From NCBI GenBank assembly GCA_036867785.1, contig CP145422.1:992001-1056000 (forward strand): a DNA stretch of 64,000 bases. The letters are read 5' to 3'. Below the pieces are notes generated by a model. The model was not told where the DNA came from, did no database searches, and worked only from the letters and a program-made list of their open reading frames with translations. The position numbers and the translations under genes are program-made. Source of the stretch: Plasmodiophora brassicae. Taxonomy: Eukaryota. Position 1 is the first letter of the stretch, and each line of letters opens with the position of its first letter. Shown in pieces: positions 59,433 to 64,000 of the stretch.

Positions 59433-62263
59433 CATTCGCTCCCGATCATGGCATCGCCTTTCGAGCACCGCCCAGCGGAACGCGGACGCACGCCGACACA
59501 GGTCTCTGGTCCTGCAACGGCGGATCGCGGGACGCCCCGGCCGTCTGGCTCATGCGGGCCGGCATACCGTCCTCACGTTTAATTCAGTCTATATTATTCT
59601 GCCCTATGCGACTGCGAACCACGACGCTCTCGTAGTCGGCACAGCACAAGGCGCCTCCGATCGCGTGTCTGGGCCGGCGCCTGTGATTCGGAGCGCGTCG
59701 GTTCGTCGCCAGTCAGACTGATGATTGGCGTCGATGCCGTAGTAGCCACTTGTCGAGTTGTCGGTGGCGCTATCGCAGCGCTCCAGTGCAGAGTGCTACA
59801 CTCTTACGCCTGTGGCGGTGACGTAACCGCATTGCCGTCGTGTCATCGACGTCGTCTCGATGGTACTCAGCAGATTATGAGCCATCAGCCGCCCGTTCCG
59901 ACCATTGACTTGGCATGAGTCGGGTTGCCGGATCAGCAGGAGGAAGAAGTAGGCATTATGGTTCGGATCCTCGAGATCGAGCGGGTTGAAGGTGACAATG
60001 AGAATTGGTCCACGGCTGTGCACAGTGGCCTAACGACTGGCCGCTTGAAGACCTCGTTGTTGTACAGGATGTCGTTCCAGGCCGGTAACAAGTGGTTGGA
60101 CGCGGTGAGGACAGCTGTCGCAACAGCAGCAGCGTAACCAAGACCTCGAGCAGGAAATTGCCCACCTGCGTCGCAGGCGCCACTAGCCTGATCGTGACTA
60201 CGTTCGCATTGTCCAATAAACCTGCTGTATGTCAACGTCCAATTATCCTGCCTACGTACAGCGTTTCCCGAGCCTGCTGCCGAACGCCCGGTTGAGGGGA
60301 CGGCAGCCGTCGCTTGACCCGCGTTGCTCGTATCGAAAGCTGGTGATCCTCATGATCATCTCATGCCGGTAATTGCGCCATTCGCGCGCTGTCGTCGACA
60401 CCATTACTGATCTGTCTGTTTCTAGGTATGCCCGCGGTTCACGGCGCCTTGGTGACCGAGGGATATTGACTTCATGTTCCCATCTGCTTTCATTGTCGAC
60501 ATGTCGGTCAACGGCTTGGCCAATACTGGCCGACATCTGCCCTAAGTGCTCCCCGGGTCGAGGTTATGTGCCCGTACTTCTTCACATTGTGGCTTTTGTA
60601 CCGGCGCCTCTAGCTAGCCGGTGCCGCTGGCATCTCGTTCAGTACTATCGCTGATCGATGCGTGTGCTAGATGGCAGGACGTACCCCTGCCGTTGGCCAA
60701 TCAGGGCCGGAGGAAGCGCCACTGGTTGTGGCAGGCGCTGGCGCTGATCGGCGCTGTGGGGCGCACGCTCGTCGAGACAAGCGTGATCAGCTCGTGACGC
60801 ACACATGGCTATTTCGTGCACGCGTCCGAGCTGACCGTCCTGGGATCCAGACCAAGGCCGGTGGCTGAAGAAGCGTCGACGAGATTCCGCGCCATCGTCT
60901 ACAACATGGTCGGCGCATACGTTGCCGCCATTCGCCAGCTCCCGGGCAACCGGGACGACGAAGACGAGGCCGTTGACGATGTCGACGCTTCTGCCGATGG
61001 CGATATTGGTGGACCTGCTCGTCGAACGCATCTAAACGTGGGCGGAACGTTCGTCGCTGGCTGCGTTGCTGGGCCACTGTACTGATTGCGCTCTGGACAG
61101 GCGGCTGCAGACGCTCGGTCGATGCCCAGCTCGGAGGACGACCGCGGCGAATCGTCAAAGGACACAAGCGAGCTTTGTCAGTCGACGTCGCCCCAGAGCC
61201 ACGTCAACCGCGTGGTCACTGTTTGCAGACGCGTGTCCTGACGATGGATTTGTGCCACAGGGGAAGCGAACTGAACACGCTGTCAAGCTTTGTGCCACAT
61301 CGACACGCCCCGCCGCAGTTAGCAACAGCCTCTGTACAACAGTGTGTCGTGACGGTGACGAATGTTCTGGTTTAGGGTCGCGGTCGACCTGATCACTGCA
61401 GGTGCCGTCACGCTCCTGTACGTCCCCAGCACAGTCCAACGCTCACTGTAGCACGCCCAGTTGTCCAGAGTCGTTAGCCGTCTATCTGATCACACACTGC
61501 CTGGCGAAAGGGTCAATCTGATGCGGTGCCTATAACGTCACTGCATAGCTCCTGCACATCGTCGCCAGAAGACTTCGTCGGTGACTGTAATACGCTCCAT
61601 TGAACAGGGCGGCTAGACTGTCTCACGCGTTGCCTTGCGACAGGGACTGGGCGTTGCAGCGTCTCGAATAGTCCTCGACACACAGCTCCTAAAGCACAGC
61701 GTCGAGATGCGGTGGTGCGCCGGCAGACGACCAGGCCCCCGTTGCAACGAACAACGACGGGACGTCGGGAGGCCGGCCGCAGAACACCCGACAACAACGA
61801 GCTGAGCAGGCGGGGCAACGTCATCAGGGCAAGCCATTGCAGCCGGCCAGGCACCCTATACCGTCGAGTTCGTCTACAAAGGGCCACGCCATGTCTGCTG
61901 TTGTCGATCATTCCCCTCGTTGCCACCCGAATCTTCGTTAGGCTGCCCGCGGGACGGCGCGACGTTTCCAGTCCCCTGCCCTGTGGGCACTTGGAGCGGT
62001 AGCCTCATCGACGTCCGCGCAGGTCGCCGCAACTCGTTCGGGGCGCCTGTGCCCCGTTGCCGTTTGATACCACGATCCACGGTCACGTCCCGGTATTCGC
62101 GTTTCCGACTGTCGTAGGGGTTGCCGCGCGACACACAAACGCAGAGCGTCGCGTCCCGCCAACGCAGCAGCACGTTTCGCCTGCGCGTATGCCAACGTGG
62201 ACGTCGCGGCAACCGGGGGGTTCTACATCTGGCCTGTATATTGCATTACGACGCCGGCCAGGC

Positions 62264-63211
62264 TCACTCGGCATCGATATCGTCATCACCGTCCACTTGC
62301 CGGTTCTGCATCTCGAACGCTTCAAGCTGCGACGCCAGCGCCTTCTCGTCCTTCTCGGTGACGGCGCGCGCCTCCTGCTTGACGTTGACGTCGCCGCCGT
62401 GCTTCGCGATCCGGGCGCCGATCACATCGCAAACCTGCCTGACGATGGCAACGCCCTTCTCCTTGTCCAGCGACACGGTCGAGATGACGTAGAGCGGCGG
62501 CGCGATCAGCTTGATGGATATGGGGAAGTCCTCAGTGGACAGCTTCAGCCCTTCAGCCAGCGCGTCCTTCACCGCGTCGATGCCTTCGTATTTGAAACAG
62601 GTCACCTCGAGATCGGCCCGAATCTTGACGGCCTGGGGAGTCAGGCGCCTCTCGATCTGCTTCAGGAGCTCGGCCCGGACGGTGGGGGACATGTCCAGCC
62701 CGGCGAGGACCGTCTCCGGGTCAGTGATCGCCAGCTTGAACGCGGTGCACGCGTGCCCAAACTTCTTGTACAGTGGCCAGGCGATGGCCTTCAGAAGGTC
62801 TTCCACGGGGATGTGCACCTTGCCGGACACCTGACGCATGATGGAGTGCACCGTCTTGGACATGTTCCACTTGTTCTCCATGGCCTCAATCTCCTCCGGC
62901 GTCACACGCCGCTTCGACAGGTCAATGTACCCTTTCTCCTTGTCAACGCGCAGGACGACGACGACCTCCATGCGCCCGACCCGGATCAGCTTGTTCACGG
63001 ATCGGATGCGCCGGCGGGACAGCTCCGACAGGAGGATCATGCCCTCGACGCCATTGTACTCGAGCAGCGACACGTACGCGCCCATCTCGGCGATGCTCTT
63101 CACCTGGACCATGACGGTCTGGTCGACCTCCGGGAATCTCTCCTCGTACATCCGGCATTGCAGGTCCTGGACGGTGAGCTCCTCATCGTCCATCGGCGTC
63201 GTCGCTGTCAT
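62264..63211 (-). CDS. EIF2S1: Translation initiation factor eIF2 alpha
   Basis: CRMYEERFPEVD..GAYVSLLEY..MILLSELSRRRIRS..DKEKGYIDLSKRRV. Confidence 0.98.
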   Translation of the reverse strand: MTATTPMDDEELTVQDLQCRMYEERFPEVDQTVMVQVKSIAEMGAYVSLLEYNGVEGMILLSELSRRRIRSVNKLIRVGRMEVVVVLRVDKEKGYIDLSKRRVTPEEIEAMENKWNMSKTVHSIMRQVSGKVHIPVEDLLKAIAWPLYKKFGHACTAFKLAITDPETVLAGLDMSPTVRAELLKQIERRLTPQAVKIRADLEVTCFKYEGIDAVKDALAEGLKLSTEDFPISIKLIAPPLYVISTVSLDKEKGVAIVRQVCDVIGARIAKHGGDVNVKQEARAVTEKDEKALASQLEAFEMQNRQVDGDDDIDAE

Positions 63212-63514
63212 GGCGGCCTGGTTGACAACGAATCCCGCGGAGTCCGTCGCGCGCCTCCTGCGGACTCCGCGACCGGAACATACCTGTGGCCTGTGGGCTG
63301 ACCGACGAACGTACGGTAGGTAGGCGCCCTCGGCGCCTACCTACCCCTGCCCACCCCGATTCGCTGTAGAGGCATACAACGACGACAGGCTTGCGTGGCT
63401 ACGCGTGCCAAGGGTCGTGCCCCAGTATCCCGATTCTTACGTTGCTGTGAAAGCAGCAGATCTGTCCAGCGATCACGTGGCGTCGCGTGCCACGCCACTG
63501 AGCTAACCTCGAGC

Positions 63515-63823
63515 ATGGTTGCGTACTGTCTCTGGGCGATCGTCATGTACTATTCTGTCGGTGGCGCTGTTGCGGATGTCGGCCAAGGCGATGCGTCGGG
63601 GGCGGCGTCGGCGCCATGGCCGGTCGAGGAAAGCGGGGCGCCATCCGGCCACGGCATGCTGATGTGGATGATGGGCGGCGCCGTCACGATGATCCTGCTG
63701 CACACGCTCGGCGCCGTCCTGCTCGCCGTCGTCTGCAAGCGGTACTGGGCCTGGCGGCGCCGCTCCACCAAACAGCCCGAACACGACACCCTGATTCGGG
63801 AGCCGCCCGCCCAGACTGTATAA
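63515..63823 (+). CDS. Small single-pass membrane protein (hypothetical)
   Basis: Signal-like N-terminus, TM segment followed by basic KRYWAWRRR. Confidence 0.45.
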   Translation: MVAYCLWAIVMYYSVGGAVADVGQGDASGAASAPWPVEESGAPSGHGMLMWMMGGAVTMILLHTLGAVLLAVVCKRYWAWRRRSTKQPEHDTLIREPPAQTV

Positions 63824-64000
63824 ACGCACAGACCCGATTCGCCCATCAGCAGTGCTGGGCCCGCCCAGCGAACAGTCGGATCAGGCATCAATCTGGTTGC
63901 GCCGTTCGGCGAAACCATCCGTCGCTGTGACGGCCGGTTCCCAAGGAGCGCATTGTGACAACCGAAGCGGTCGACGACATCGTCGTTTGTTGCCCGCCCG

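Noticed and set aside
59700-62200. Possible genes between the RAP protein and eIF2-alpha
   Set aside because: Short ORFs with no recognisable family, and exon structure could not be resolved.

Overview
GC-rich, gene-dense eukaryotic DNA with short (~50-80 nt) GT-AG introns. Ciliary genes (IFT80, CSTPP1-like, ARMH1-like) indicate a flagellated protist; a plasmodiophorid such as Plasmodiophora is plausible but is only an inference. Bases ~1-16.7 kb are a nest of mobile DNA. It holds a hAT-type non-autonomous element and a long inverted repeat whose right arm carries two full-length LTR retrotransposons inserted ~84 bp apart, the second interrupted by a 1.46-kb TRIM with a 147-bp tandem array. 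The top finding is the first retrotransposon (2571-7629), an apparently intact cross-superfamily chimera. It has a Ty3/gypsy (sushi/PEG10-type) Gag, a GGGAAAC -1 frameshift site and a gypsy protease, fused in one open frame to Ty1/copia integrase-RT-RNase H. It also has a copia-type half-tRNA PBS, identical 168-bp LTRs with non-canonical AAT...ATT ends, and a 5-bp TSD. The second element (gypsy) shows a Tf1-like self-priming PBS and UGA-CGG readthrough between gag and pol; the TRIM also looks self-priming. From ~17 kb on are housekeeping genes (RPL39, IFT80, mito MetRS, BIN3, 5-alpha-reductase, EndoG, ZIP, CysRS, actin, PIG-A, mito bL20, RAP protein, eIF2-alpha), several secreted proteins, Harbinger remnants and three more long hairpin-type inverted repeats. 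Exon boundaries of multi-exon genes are approximate and all homology calls are by motif recognition only.
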